A DNA stretch of 64,000 nt from Plasmodiophora brassicae (taxonomy: Eukaryota). The translations under genes and the position numbers were made by a program. The DNA lies in contig CP145419.1 of NCBI GenBank assembly GCA_036867785.1, forward strand, positions 434,001 through 498,000, read 5' to 3'. Positions within the stretch are counted from its first letter, which is position 1; each line of letters begins with the position of its first letter. Below the pieces are notes generated by a model. That model was not told the DNA's origin. It saw only the letters and a program-made list of their open reading frames with translations, and did no database searches. This document shows positions 45,231 through 59,149 of the stretch, piece by piece.

Positions 45231-48200
45231 TCAGTCCTCGTCCATGAAGTTGCCGGCGACCTTGACGAAGACGTCGTCGAGGCTGGGCTCGGCAATGCCC
45301 CAGGTGGACACGCCCAGCAGACGCGCGTCGTTCTGCATGACGTGGAACACGCGTTCCAGGTCGAGCGATTCCGTGGACTCCACCAGGTACTGCCGCTCGA
45401 AGCGCCAGCTCGACCCGGCGGGCGCTCCCGTTCCCTAGGTGGGTAGGCAATCGCACGTGGGCTGTCGTCACCCCGGCCATGATGAACGGTTCAGGTACCG
45501 GGTTCACTGTCGCTGCGATCTTGCGCAGCGTCTCTGTCGATTTGTTCGCGTCGATCAGCCTCGCGCTGGGCGACACCGACGTCGTCATGAAGTTCGTGAT
45601 CTTGAGCAGGATGCGCCTCTCGCACTCGCCGACCGTCGCGTCCGACAACGGCGGCGGATCGGGCGACGACACGTCCATCCGCACTGTGATCGTGTACCCT
45701 AGTCGGCGACTATGGTCAGGGCCCCCATGCTGACGGCGACGCACGATCTGGCTGCCTCCCACCATGTCCAAACCGTTTCTTCAGTCGCGCTTGCGACCCG
45801 ACGCATCGCAGACGCCCAGCGGCAATGATGGCGACTGTCAGCGCTCGCCGTCAGCGTCTGGCGGGGTACGCGAGACGCCGCACACCCAAACCTCGGGTAC
45901 AGAGGTTGTCGGCCTCCTCCATGGAATGCGTCTGTGTTACGACGACGCGGATCAGCGGACGATGCTGGGCAATGCGCTCTGTGCCCCTGCTGGACCTTAC
46001 CGTGATAATCACGCACCGGCCCTGCGCCTTCTGCTGCCCGATGATCTTCCAGATGTGCAACCGCGTGTCCGGATCCAGCCCCCTGCGCCGCCAACAGTTA
46101 TATCCCGTTCAAGGTCAACGACATCGGGGGACCGCATGCGGACGTGGTTGGCTCGTCGAGCAGGACGACCTTGGGCGACCCAATCTGCGCCGGCACGCCG
46201 GGTTAGAACGCGAATCCGGCCAGCGGCAACGGCACCGACCAAGGCGATGGCGATCGACAGGCGTCGCCTCTGCCCTCCGCTCAGCGAGCTCGAAATCGTG
46301 TCTGACGCGCGGCACTGAGAATTCAAGCCCACGGGCGCCGTTTCGCCATCATCAAAGCGCGGTACCGAACGGGTCCCCGTCGAGCTCGACGTTCTCGGCA
46401 GCACGTTGCACCCACCCGACGATCTGCGACGACGGGCACGACCGCATGCGGGCGTAGAACGCCAGCGTCTCCCGCACTACGTCGAGCACGCTCGTCGTCA
46501 GGACGTACGAATCGGGGCAGGTCGCAGGGCGATCCCGACCGGTCAGCGTGGGCCAGACGACGTCGAACTGGGGGCAGCACCCCAACGACCGAAACAACGA
46601 CGTGCGGTCGTGGATGTCGCTGCCACCAACACGGGCGGTCCCTTGCGTCGGCCTGCACGCACGACACGAGCGTCACGAACGGGGGCTAGGCGGCGACGTG
46701 CGCGATCGTCAATCGCGTACCTGATCAGGCCGCAGAGCATGTTCAGCGTCGTGCTCTTCCCAGCTGTGCACGAAGGCGGACGGCGCGTCAGCGTCCCTGC
46801 ATCGTCAGGCGCGCGACGAACCGTCACCTCCGTTGGGGCCCAGAATGGCACAGCACTCGCCGTACTCGATGCCCAGGTACAGGTCGTCCAGCGCGGCTTT
46901 GCCGTCGTAGGCCTTGCCCAGGCCGGCAATGGACACGGCCAGTCGCCGCGACGACGTGTCGTTCAGGACGCGGTCGCGCTCCGCCTTGACGTCCTCGTCT
47001 TCGTCGTGGTCCGGCGTGGACCCGAGCGCCAACGCCACCATCGTCGGCTGAATCGACTTGTTCGGCGGCCGACAGAGCGACCGCCAGCTGATAGGCGGTC
47101 GTCCAGGTTCCTTGCTCGTCGGCAGGGACACCTGCAGGTACCATCCGATGACGGCATACGCGATGCCGACGGCCAGCATGGCGAAGATCTGCCCGGTCAG
47201 GACGCGAACGGCGCCGGGCCCGGGGCCGTCCACACTGTTGTGGAACATGACCGTGAACAGGATCGACGGGAACGCGTACATCGTCCAGGACGACTGGTAG
47301 TCGGGGAGCACGACGAACACGACGCCCGCGATCGTCGTCGCCGCCGCCACGACGTAGACGACAATGGAGGCGATGCCACCCGATCGAAACAGGGCCGACA
47401 CGAGGATCGCCACGCCCGCCTCCGTCAGCGACCACGACACGAGGGTGCACACAAGCAGGGCCGAGTTCGCCTGCACGAACGTCGCCGATGTGATCACCGC
47501 AGACAGGCCGACGACGAACACCATGATCAGCAGGGACGTTCCCGCTGCCGGCGAGTCAGACGACGGTACGGGGAGGGGGCGCGTTCGTACCGATCCAGAC
47601 GATGCTGGCCGTCCAGTAGGACAGCCCCTTCATGCCCTGCAGCGTCATCATGAACCGCAGCTGCGTCTGCTTCTCGGTGACGAGCAGATCGATGGCGAAC
47701 GGCATCAGGAACATGGACGTCAGCGGGACGAAGATGTCCAGGATGAAGATGCCCGGCGGCGTCACCTTGGTCCCCACGAACGCGACGGTGGGCAGCGGCG
47801 CGAACGTGCCGTCGTTCAGCGCATCGGGGTGGCCCGTCGCTAGGCTCGACGCCACCACGCGAATCAGGCTCGCCGTGTCGACGAGCGACGTCACCGCCGG
47901 GAAGTTGTTGTATTCGCGCGGTGTGGCCCATTGGGACGCGCCCGCGTAGAACACCCCTTGGCATGCGCTCGCATACAGGCTGCCGTTGTAGTACATGACA
48001 AGGCGCAGATTCGTCCAGGCGCACGGCGAGTTGTCGCTGTCGTAGAACGACGCCTAGCGCGGTGCGATCAGAGGCGAAGCGGGTGCTGGGCGGGGCCGCC
48101 GATGTTACCCGGATCGTCCTCGGCGCTGCGGTTGAATTGTCGATCTGCATCACCAGGGACGGGAGCGACGCCTTCCACGTCGCGATAGGGTCCGGCTTTA

Positions 48201-51200
48201 CCTGAGCACAGGAGCCATGACGACGCCAGGACGTACAGGAAAGGGCATCGTCCTTACGGAGTAGTACATCCAGTTGGAGGCGTTCTGGTACACGGTGTAC
48301 ATCATCGACGTCGGCTCCTCCCAGAGCCACGACACCCGCGAGTGACCGGACTGGAAGAAGGAGCATTCGCTCGGGAACGCTGTGGCTTGCTGCTTCCACT
48401 GGGTCTGCGTCCTCGTCACCGCACCGACCGACCCTAACCGGGAGAGCCCCCCGTCACGAAGCGGCCCCGTGTGGGTCGGGTTGCGAGCGAACCGGCGCGG
48501 AACGTGATCCCTGAGGCGATGGAGCTCGGCGCCAGCAACGACACGACGGCGGCGGCGTTGCCACCCTCGATCCATATCGACGGGGACCCAACGTCCTTCG
48601 TAGATGACCGCTGGCGTGTCCAGTCGTCGGCGAGGTCGTTGGCGGCTTTGGTCAGGTTGCAAGTGGGCGCCGCCGCCGTCCCATACGACGCCTGCGATGC
48701 CCCTGCCGCTGCGACGCTTGTCAGTCGGTCCCGTCTGATGTGGCGATCGGTGACGCCCTACTCGGGTACAGGAAGCACGTGCTACCCCGGCAGCAGTAGT
48801 GCTGGTGAAGGTACGCATCGTAGTAGGCCTGGGTGGACGTCCCGCCGCCGGACATCAGGGCGATCAGGGCGATCGATAGGAACAGGACGACCGCCAGGCA
48901 GCCGTTCGCCCGACGACGATGCCGAGCGATGCACAGGTTCTTGTAGAGCACGGCGTTGATCTGTGGGGAGGGCGGGCGTCAGCAGCGGATGTAGCACACG
49001 ACACCACCCGAACCTGGCTGAGGATCACGGCGCGGACGCTGGTGCCGAGCGCAGCATCGTTAACCGGTTCGTACCGGGCAGGTTCGGGGGCAGGGACGTC
49101 CAACGGTACGGCAGGGGTCGGCGGCGATGTCGGCGATGGCGCGACGACGTTCCCGACACGGTCATCGAGGACAGGATCGCCATCGTGCTGGCCGGTGGCA
49201 CACTTGACGCAGACGAGGTCGTCAACCTTGACGGGAACGCGGTCCAGCGTGTACAACGTCGCCCGTTCCCGATCGCGCAGCCGGCAGAGAACGCAGCGCT
49301 GCTCCATGACGGCACGGTCGTCGTCAGCGCGATTGTCAGCCGCAACGACCTGCACGGCCAGCCTGGTTGACTCGCCCTGCTCTGATGCCGAGCATCCATC
49401 CCACGATACCTCGATGGCGACGTCATTGTTGGCCTGGCAGACCTTCAGGAACACTTGCGCCAGGGTCGTGTGCGATATCGAGCATTCGCGTTCCAGCCGG
49501 GTCCCGTTCTGGCGTGCCGCCAGGTTTGCCTCGCGAACCGCCTTGAAGAACGCCGGCAGGAAACGCGCCTGGGCGCTTGTGACGGCGACACGAACGCCAC
49601 CAGTCGATGCCTCCACGATCTGTGCCAAATGCGTCAACAGCCCGGGACGCTCACCAAGGCGAGCCAACGCGGACCTCGGCGTCGGGAATGAGGCTGTTCA
49701 CGAACGCCAGCAACCTGTCGGACGTTGTTATAGACGACGGACGGGGTCGGAAACGGGGTACGATACGATTGTCGCGGTTCGCCACCCGCCAGCAGCGATA
49801 TTTCGAATTGCTTGCCGAAGCGGCGTTTCAAGAACGAGGTGCTGCCCTCCGCTTTGAGCTGAGCGCGGTGCTGAACGACGCGTGCGTCAGACGTGAGGTT
49901 AGAGCCACCCGCGCAGGCGATTCGATCGCTTCACCATGATGAGCACTTTGTCGGCAAGGTGGTCCGCTTCCTGCACGGTTCCTGTTAAAACGAGCGCCGC
50001 ACCTCGTCCAATGGGCGCAACCGACCTCCATGCTGTGCGTTGTTAGGAGGACGACGCGGTTGGATTTGATCCTCTCGACGACGTTCCATACCCGCCTCCG
50101 GTTGATTGGGTCCATTCCTAGATGGGATCGCTAATAAGTAGGTTCACCATGTCGGGTTGCAATGTGTCCACCTGTCGTCGGCTCATCCAGCGCCTGTACA
50201 TTGCATGTTTCAAAATGCCGGTTGTCGACGGGCGAACCGGCGCTGTCCTACGATTAAAAGGGGCTCTCCTAGCAAGGACAGGACGACACTCATACGACGC
50301 TTCATCCCTAATGCGTACAATGTGGTTATTGGCATGCCCGACCGGACACGCCGAACGCGGGCATACCGCCAGAGAACGTGCGGACGACCTTGTCCTTGAC
50401 CTTGAGCAGCGCAACCTGTTTCAGCAGCCATGTGGCATACGGTTCGGGTGTCCTGTGCAAACCGGTTCACTATTTGCCGTCCACGATGGCTTTTGGTCCA
50501 TCAGGCGTTACTCGTTGGCGCCCTCCGCGGGAGGACGGAAACACATGTACAGACGAATGTGCTCCAGTGGTGTTAACAGGTCCCAGAGAAAATCGCCTTG
50601 CGAACATGTTCCTAACGAATGTGTAAACTACATCGAACACATCTCTGGACGATCCGCTGCACGCCACCAATGATGGCCTGGATAGATGCACTGTCGTGGG
50701 TGACGCTATGGCCGCACACAAAACCTTCGCCGGCGGACGGCTCCATCAGCCCAGTGATCATGTTGAACAACGTGCTCTTGCCAGCTCCACTGCAAAGCCA
50801 ATGCTCAGTTGATCACGTTCGTTGATCGAGGTACCAAATGGAACGAACTTTTGGCCAAGCAGAGCAGTGACCTCGTTGGGCAGCATCGAGGTGGTCACCT
50901 CCCTTACGGCGGTAGTCTTATCGAACGTCTTGCTGATCTTGCGAATGTTCACCGATTGCTGCTGCGCAGACGTTTGCTGAAGGAGCGCCAGCGTGTCTCC
51001 ATCAGTTGTCACGCTAGGCACAAATCGCCCATCAGACGGAACAGCGGGCAACGTAATGGTCAGCCCAGACGCACGTTTTACGCTGGGCACCGAACCAGTA
51101 CCGACGAGTCACCGGGAAGTACCAAACCTGTCTTCCGCCCAGCTCGCCGACAGAGAATATCTGATCGGCGTACCAGACCGCCACCTGGGCGCAGCGTCAG

Positions 51201-52846
51201 ATACAGGTAGGCCAGCTATGCAAGGCACAAACCATGTACAAAAGGGTGATGACAATGAGCGCGTCAAAGGTGCTGCTTGTCGACGGAGGATTGAACGTGA
51301 CGGGTGTGTTGCTCACGACCAATGTGCAATTGCCCTGGGGGTCGTCGACCTGCGAGAACGGGTAGTCGGCCAGGGACAGAACCCGTTGGCCGTCCATGTC
51401 CGGGACGGTGTGGAGCACCGTCCTCGACGCGCAGTCGTCGATGATCTTCATCAGCAGAAACCAGGGCATCAGCGAATGCCCGTACAACGATGCTGGTGGT
51501 GTCGTAGGACTGTACTGCGAGTAACTGTACGGTGGGGCGTTCTCGATTGCACCGAGGCCCCCCGACGTCAGGTAGGTGGCGAGAGAGAACACAATGGCAA
51601 GAACGACGATAGACCCAGTGAACGCTTTCTGGAGGACGGGTTTCGGGATGCAGGCGGTCAGGAGGCCGAGGGCGATCATCGCCCAGCCAAAGAGCCAGAA
51701 TGTGAGGAATACGATGCCGAACGACGTGTTGTACAGGACAAGGAGGTGCGCGCCGACGCAGAGCACGGTAATGGATCCCACAAGGCTCGCGGCGGTTTGC
51801 AGGATCAACAACGGGATGAAGATCGAGGCCAGATACGCGCTCTCGTACAGCCCCAGCCGCCCTGTACACCGGCCCTATTGAGTTGCTGGTAACGATCCTT
51901 CCGGGGAACAACGAGCTTACGAAGAGGATTGACGAGGCCGGACTGCTTTTCGTCCGCCATGGTATAGGTCGCAAGCACCATTATGGGCAGGTACGCGAGC
52001 GTCACAACGACGGGGAGGAGCATGAGCTGGAGGTCGAACGGCTGACTAGTGGGCGTGTACCTGTATAGCAGGTCGCCGTCGGCCGTAATATCAGGCAGAG
52101 GTTGCGTCTGCGCGACGTAGAACGGTGTGGTGCTGCCCTGAGCGTTCCCCAGGATCTGAGCGTGCAACGCCGTGTGAAGGATGTAGCCGGACGGCCCGAA
52201 CGCGGTGCCGTTGGTCATGAGCAGGAAATTCGCCACGCTGCCCCCCCTGAAGGTGATGGCTGCGCTGACCGCAATTGGATCGTCGACATCGTATAGCCTC
52301 GAGGCCATGTTGGGAACGGTTTCGAACCCGATAATGTCCTGCCCGTACGCATAGCCCGTCGAGTTCGCAAACGCCTTCATGACGGCCTCGGTCGCGGGCG
52401 TATCAGGGGCGTATACGATGGGCGACGTGCACGATCCTAGATCTGGCAGCGTACACGGCTGCGCACGAGGCATCTGAACCAGGCGATGATCAGCAGTCTA
52501 TAGAGTCGCCATGCAGCGCCAAGGCCACCTGGAGACTGGTTACCGCCGGATTGGGGTTGCCAACTGTGCCAGACCCAGCCGCACGGAGCGACCATATTCC
52601 TGCATGACGCGTTCGCTGAGTCGCACTGCCTGATGGCCATTCCGGTGATTGCCAAACACCTGGTGGTAGACTGCCCAAGTAGATCCACAGGATCGGGTTG
52701 AGGATGACGACGGCCCCGAGCGCTGGCCGCCTGACAACGACAATCAACGTGTTCTTGATTGTGAGCCCCTTAAACTGACGCCACCAGCGCCTGACAAATA
52801 GGCCGGCGTTTGCCGCTCCTTGTCGTAACGACAGCCCGCCCGCCAT
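45231..52846 (-). CDS. Full-size ABCA-family transporter (multi-exon)
   Basis: Two TMD-NBD halves. N-terminal RQFKGLTIKN; Walker A GQNGAGKST and GPNGAGKST (both split by introns); signatures FSGGMKRR and LSGGQRRR; LTTHSMEE; TLAQVF; C-terminal SLDDVF. Confidence 0.9.
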
Positions 52847-53089
52847 CCTGTCTGTTCGTGCACTTGAGTTTGCACAGTTGTATAGAGTAACAGGGAGCTG
52901 CTGCCAGGCACAGATGCCCGCGTTCACAACTACCAGTGTAGTAGTAGGCGGCTAATTAGTTGGCGAACCTGGTGGTGCGCCCACCTGCAGGTTCCCGTGA
53001 CTGGGTGTGCGCACCTGAAAGGGAAAGCCGATTAGTGGGCACCTGATGAAGGTTCTGGGGTTGTCTTTTATCCGCTACGGGAACTGAGG

Positions 53090-56000
53090 CTATCGGTTCG
53101 GGTACTCGCAATTGTACCTCGTGCCCTCGACTCGAACGAGGGAACCCCGTTGGCGCGCATCGCGAATTAGGGCCGCCCACGGTTTCGACGACCGCAACGT
53201 GGAGGCGTGCCCGACAATCCACATTGCGTGTCGCGCACGGGTTACGCCCACGTTCATCCGGCGTATATCTTGGACGAACCCGATCCGACCGCGGCCAGCG
53301 CGAACACACGAGAACATAATGATGTTTTTCTCCCGGCCTTGGAAGCTGTCGATTGTGGAAACCTCGACCACCTTGAAACGTTCGCCCAACACAGACCGTA
53401 CCTGGTCGACCTGCGCCGAGTACGGGGTGATCACGGCCACCTGTGACAGATCGACGTCTGGAAACGAATTCACAAGGTTGCCTGATAACGAACCAGTCAG
53501 GTCATCGACTGCGTGCTGGTCGCCACAGACATACCCAAGTGCTGTGCAATAAACGACGCTTCCGAGGCGTTGCGAACCGATCGCCGTTGCGTCTCCTGAC
53601 CCGCAACATCAAAGAAGAGATACGGCCGAAACCGTCGATCGCCATAATACTGCATGTCGTAGGCCAGAGTGCTTGGAGCGTCCTTCAATCTGTCTTCGTA
53701 GAAGTAAAACGACGGAAATCGACGGATTTCTGCAAACGGCCAAACAGAATGAACGCGCATCCTAGCACAATACAAACAAGATACCTGGATGCATGCGGTA
53801 CTGAATGTCCAGCGTCAGAACAGGACAGCCTGCTTGTTGCAGTCGTTCGAACAGAGACCGCTCATAGATACGCGCACGCTCATCCATCACGAAAACAGTA
53901 GCGGGTAGCTGCCTCGGATCGCCGATCATGATCAGGGAGCGCACAGACAGCGTGGCAACCAGCGGAATCAAAGTCGATGATTCGACGCATTGGGCGCTCT
54001 CGTCAATGATACAAATCTCAAAGCCGCGCGCAGGGACCTCCCCGCCCCCCAGGAAACGACTGGCAGTCCCGCTCAACGTAGAAAACACAATCTGGGCCTC
54101 ATCCAGAAACGATCGCTGAAGCAATGTGCACGCGGATTCTCTGTTGTGATCCCTGACGATCTCCAACCGTTGTCTCTCGAGAAGTATGCGGTACCTGTTG
54201 AGATCGTAAGCAAGCGTACGTCCCGCGAAATCCCATTTCCTGACCTTTCTTCGGCCAGAGACGTGATTTGCATAGCAAGGTTGCTAAGATCACAGGGTGC
54301 ACCGGTACTCTGCAGGTGGAGCGCGTACTCGTGAATCTGTAGAACACACATGAGCAAGCGGATGTACGAAAATATCAACGTCGATACCTGTCGAAGGTTT
54401 TCAGCGACCCGCTTCCTATGCTGATCGACAACCGCCAGTCGATCATTTAGTTGTTCTATAGCAACACAACAGTTAGATTCGTAGGAGGCGTGGAGGACTA
54501 CCGCAGCCTACGTTTGGAGTAGCGAAAGAACGCATCGACGAGATGGTCCAGCGAGATATTGTCCTTAATTACGCCAGCCCGTATGCTGGACGGCCTACCA
54601 ACGCGTACAATGTCTGGAGTGTACGGCCGCCCATTACCATCAATTAGCCTGTCAGTGGCAACGCGTGATACAATTTCATCGACAGCCGCGTTGCTTGGCG
54701 CACACACCAGGATACGAGGCCGCGGTAGAATGGTAGCACGGGCCCCTGAAGGAGAATTAGGTGGTGACGACATGACCTATATGGGTATGTTACAGATTCC
54801 GCCTAGTAGATTCACAACTCATTTTCACGTACGCTTGCGAGCTGTTCGAATACGATGTCAATGGAAACCTTCGTTGTGGGCGGTTCGGCTGCTGGACTAT
54901 CTGTAGGCATCGGCTGGGATGGCTTCTTTTGAAGTGACATCATCGAGACGGCAAGAACGGATAGGTAGTGCCTTTGATAGAGGCTTAGATGAAGTACGTT
55001 CAGCAAATGCAGTACCGTGGTCGTTTTCCCTGTTCCAGGCGGTCCCTGCGAATCGTGTCAGAAATCTGTTACGATCCGAACAGAGGCGAATTATGCGACC
55101 TGGAGCAAGGCAAACGGAGCCTTGAATTCGGCGCAGGTCTTAACAGCATCGAGTTGACTGGCGTTTAGGCACTGCTCAAGACGCGACATCACAAGAGGGG
55201 GCAACTGGTCCCAGGCTGACTCGAGAAGATCAAGCGGAACAGAACCATCGAAAGCAGACATTGGCTTCAATATAAACGGCAGTAGTTTTGACCGTGCGCA
55301 GGTTCGAACTGGAAACAATGAGAACTGGCGATCGAGCACAGCAGGTACCGCTTACCTGCGATGTACTCGCGCATGAATGTGATGGAGGTACCAAGCCTAG
55401 TCACCGTAACAGAGCCGCCCAGATCAGCGGACTTCAATACACGCAACGTGTACAGTGGTGGCCGTTGATCTAAAACCAGCGCCATGACCGATACCGACGA
55501 CGCCTGTACACAGACGAAATCCTTGATCGCGATATCCGAAACTGGTTCGCTTAAACGGACTCGTAGGTGTTCCGCTACAGAGAGGAGCAAACCATCAGCG
55601 AACGGAGAAACATTTGACCGACGCTTGCCTATTACTATCAACAATGGTCGATTCGGCGTCCACAGGCGAGTTTTCGTCCTGGCCTGAAACAAGGTTGCCT
55701 CGCAGGTCGGCCCATAGGAGCTCGGTGAAGAGCGAGCAATAGTCATCGAACGAGTCAAAGCAGATAGTGCTGTTCAAGTCTATCGGTTTGACCTCTCGCG
55801 GGGAGGCTGATACCACGTCGCCCCATCGCAGTACCTCCTCAACAAATTCGGCCTCAAGATCGACTCGGCCAGCATGACTAGAAACCGGCCTCGTCAATCG
55901 TGGAGCAGCAGACGAGGTCGATTCGCCTGGAGCGCTCTGCGACCGACTGAATCCAGTTTTGCGTTTCAGCACGCCTGACGGCTTCGTCGCCAGAGCAGCC

Positions 56001-56221
56001 TGCTGCGCCTGCAGCACCTCCCGCGCCCTACTGATTACCGTCGACGTCCCACTAGCACGCTTCCGCTTTGAGCGGACAACAATGACGTCATCGTCGCTCT
56101 CGTCCTCATCGTCGGCCGTGCACCAGTCGCGACGGCGTCGTGACATGCCTCCCGCGGGTTGGACGACGCAAAATCCGCCCACACTGGTCACGTCACGCGA
56201 CAATTTGGCACTGAGGTCCAA
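53090..56221 (-). CDS. UPF1-like superfamily 1 helicase, Sen1/senataxin-like (multi-exon; 5' end uncertain, may extend towards ~56900)
   Basis: LNASQ, LLQ|GPPGTGKT, ILVCAPSNAAVDE, IIDESAQ, GDPRQLPAT, SLFERL, QYRMHP, VITPY, TIDSFQGRE and RMNVGVTRAR. Confidence 0.9.
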
Positions 56222-56926
56222 CTGCAGTTGCCATGTCTACAGCCTACAGGTACGCAGTGTTAGACATTTGTCCTACGCGTTGCACACAGAGTCGTGACTG
56301 GCGGCATTCATTTACCTCTTCAAGTTGCCGCAAGTCGTTCAACCAGAAACGACTGTACGATGGCTTCTTTGTATGGTCGGAGGAAGCCGCGCGATAAAGT
56401 CGTTGACCGTCTTCCTTCATCCACCTCGAGCGCGATGGTCGTTGCAGGGGTACCTGGGTAATCGGACTTCTGGCGGTCGCCCTAAGCCATCAATAAACTG
56501 TGCGATACTGAGAAGAGGTCCTGCTGACGTACGTTACTCTACGAAATGAATGGCCTTCAGTGGACCCTCGGTCTCGTTTATGAATCGGAACATGGATGTT
56601 GTGGCTGCATCACAAATTGTTCCACCATGCATCGACAAGTGTTGAACTCAGCATAACAGAGTCAGTTCTATTGTGAAACTGATTCGCCATACATATAGCG
56701 AGCCGGCAGTGATCTGTCCCGCCCAGCCGTACTGATGTCATCTACCGTCCTGGTGGGAGGTGACCACTCTATATACAGGTTTGAACGAGCTTCTGACATC
56801 CCTGATAGTCCTAATGACGATCTATGAAGGTATCCAGCGAGCCAGAATGTATCTCAGTTCCCAGGCTTCCAATGCAATGCGGGTTGTACGAGCCCAGGCC
56901 ATGCTGCATTTCGTGCGTGTGCGTGG

Positions 56927-57814
56927 ATGGGTGACGAGCGCCATAAGGCCGCCGACAGCGATGCTCAGGTGGACTGGACGATCCGCCTGGGTCAAATCAT
57001 CGATGCGAATCAGCGGCTGATTCGTTCGGCCTCGGTGGCGCTGCCGGTGGCCGGCGTCCTGTTGCTGTCGTACCGGGCCGGGTTGTGGACGCGGTTCACG
57101 TCGTGGGAGGCGGCGCGCGGGGCGTCGTCGTTGTCTGGATACGTTGCCAGCATCACGATTACCCGATCACGCGTCCATGTCTTCCTGGACCATACGACTG
57201 TGCTCAGACGCGCACTCGGTCTGAACAAATCTGAAATTCCAGCAGCTGAGACGCTGCCCACCACGTACGATCCGTGTCGTCATGACCTCAAGTATCTGTA
57301 TTCGTAACGAGCCTGCAGATTGGCCGCGATCCGTCCTGCCGATTCGTACAACGCTAGAGTAGCAATCAAGAATATGCTGTGGCGAAGGTCCCACATGACT
57401 GGCACTCGTCAGACACAACGCGCTTACGTTCGCCGACCTCTATCAGGAACGTGCATGTTTCCCCCCTGGACGTCGACACATCGCAGTTCCGCCCTGCGGT
57501 CGTGTACCGAGGCGTTCGTTGGTGGAAGTGGGATGTCAGCGAGAGGCTCCTGCGTCGTGGACATGCTGTCGTCGACATGGCCGGGGAAGCCGCATCGCTC
57601 GAACCTGGGGTCGGACGGACCAGAAGCCCCACATGTCGCTAACGTTAGCATTGACCTGTAATCACCATAGGTTCTACAGAGATATGTTCGGGCACAGGAT
57701 GCTGCCCAAGCGTTCGGCCGGGGGATTTGGAGACGTTCAGCCTACGCCGACAGAGGAAAAGCGTTCTGGCGAATCTTGCAGCGTGGGTGGGAGAGCAGGG
57801 TTGCCTCGAACTAA
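56927..57814 (+). CDS. Staphylococcal-nuclease-like (LCL3/C3orf33-like) membrane-anchored protein, probably degenerate active site
   Basis: N-terminal TM helix; LAAIRP; DVSERLLRRGHA; last exon AQDAAQAFGRGIW (SNase-like C-terminal motif). Confidence 0.6.
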
Positions 57815-57918
57815 CGCGTCTGGACGCGGAAGTCGCAATAATACACATGCCGAAGCTCGAAGTTTATTACGCCGAGCATGTCGTAAGTGTTGGTCATTGC
57901 GATAGACGGAGAGCGCTT

Positions 57919-58500
57919 CTAGGTGGAAGCCGCCTGTGGCACTTTCCCTGTACGAGGTTTCGGACTGGGACTCTCCATGGATCGCATAGCGGTATCGATG
58001 CGAAGGAGTAACTTGTCGGTATCGGTATTGGCCTCATCCAGCGCCACATTGCCGATATCGACAGCAACGCCGCGAGCGTTCTTCAGGCGATCCACGTCGT
58101 TCGATTCAATGGCCTGGACGACTTCGGCAGTTACCCCCGCAAGGAGACGTTTGTCGATCGCTTCCCGCTTCTCAGTGATCCGGTTGTTGTGGGCAGCCGT
58201 CATCGGCAACTTGCCGTTGCGATGCGTGTCTAGCCACTTCTTGTACTTGACAAGGAACTCCTGAATCTGTTTCAGTGGCGGGGTGGCGCCTCCGCGTGGC
58301 AGTAGCTCAGTGACTTTCTTTAGGCTGCCCTCGGCCTCATGGCCGCGTTTCGCAGCGGCGTCGTACGCCAGGTATATGCCAATGCCAAGGCCGACAAATA
58401 TGAGAAGGACGCACCCCGAGACGATACCCCATCTGATGATTCGCGACTTCCGCGCCCCTTGATGGCCGCCAACCGGGTTCGTCGTTGGAAGCACGGTCAT
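57919..58500 (-). CDS. Hypothetical single-pass membrane protein
   Basis: Uninterrupted 193-aa ORF with TM segment WGIVSGCVLLIFVGLGIGIYLA and a helical C-terminus; AT-rich TATA-like sequence upstream (~58554-58564). Confidence 0.6.
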   Translation of the reverse strand: MTVLPTTNPVGGHQGARKSRIIRWGIVSGCVLLIFVGLGIGIYLAYDAAAKRGHEAEGSLKKVTELLPRGGATPPLKQIQEFLVKYKKWLDTHRNGKLPMTAAHNNRITEKREAIDKRLLAGVTAEVVQAIESNDVDRLKNARGVAVDIGNVALDEANTDTDKLLLRIDTAMRSMESPSPKPRTGKVPQAAST

Positions 58501-59149
58501 CTCGAGTACGTTATCAGGCAGGTGGGCTGGTCGAGCGCTGCAGCGTTGGTTCCTATAATATATACAATACTATGCCGTCCACTATTTGCTGAACGCCCGA
58601 CCTCGGCAGGCGTTCCGTCATGGAGGCATTAATGCCGAAGACTAATCCGTAAACCGTCGGCGCTACGTCCCCGACCCTGGGCCGGGTGATCGCCAGTCAG
58701 ACAGATCCGGGTCAGTCAGCAGGAATCAGCCTCTACGCGTCAATTCGGAGATCCGGAATCCCGATCACGTACATGCGCCATCTGGGATTCCGGCTTATGA
58801 GCCCATTCTCCGCTCCATCGGACCGTCCAGCAGATAACGCGCGTGATGGAGAGCGCGTCCGCTGCTTCTGGCAAACGACGGGCAGCCCTCGTAGGGGAGT
58901 ACCAATGTTTCGGTTTTACATTGGTTACATTCCGCTGCCTATGCGAATGGCCGTCAGGAGAAGCCATGACGATGTAAAGAGTACCTACCCATGGACTCTT
59001 GGTTCATGCATCTAGGAGGTATACCAGTGCTGTCGTCGGCCGTGACTGGTACGGACTTATTGCGTCGGCGAGGGCAGGGGCTCGATTCGGGTGCTCGGCG
59101 GGCAAACGCGTGTCGGGCTCGTGAGGTCGCTGGGGCGGCGTCGATAGCC

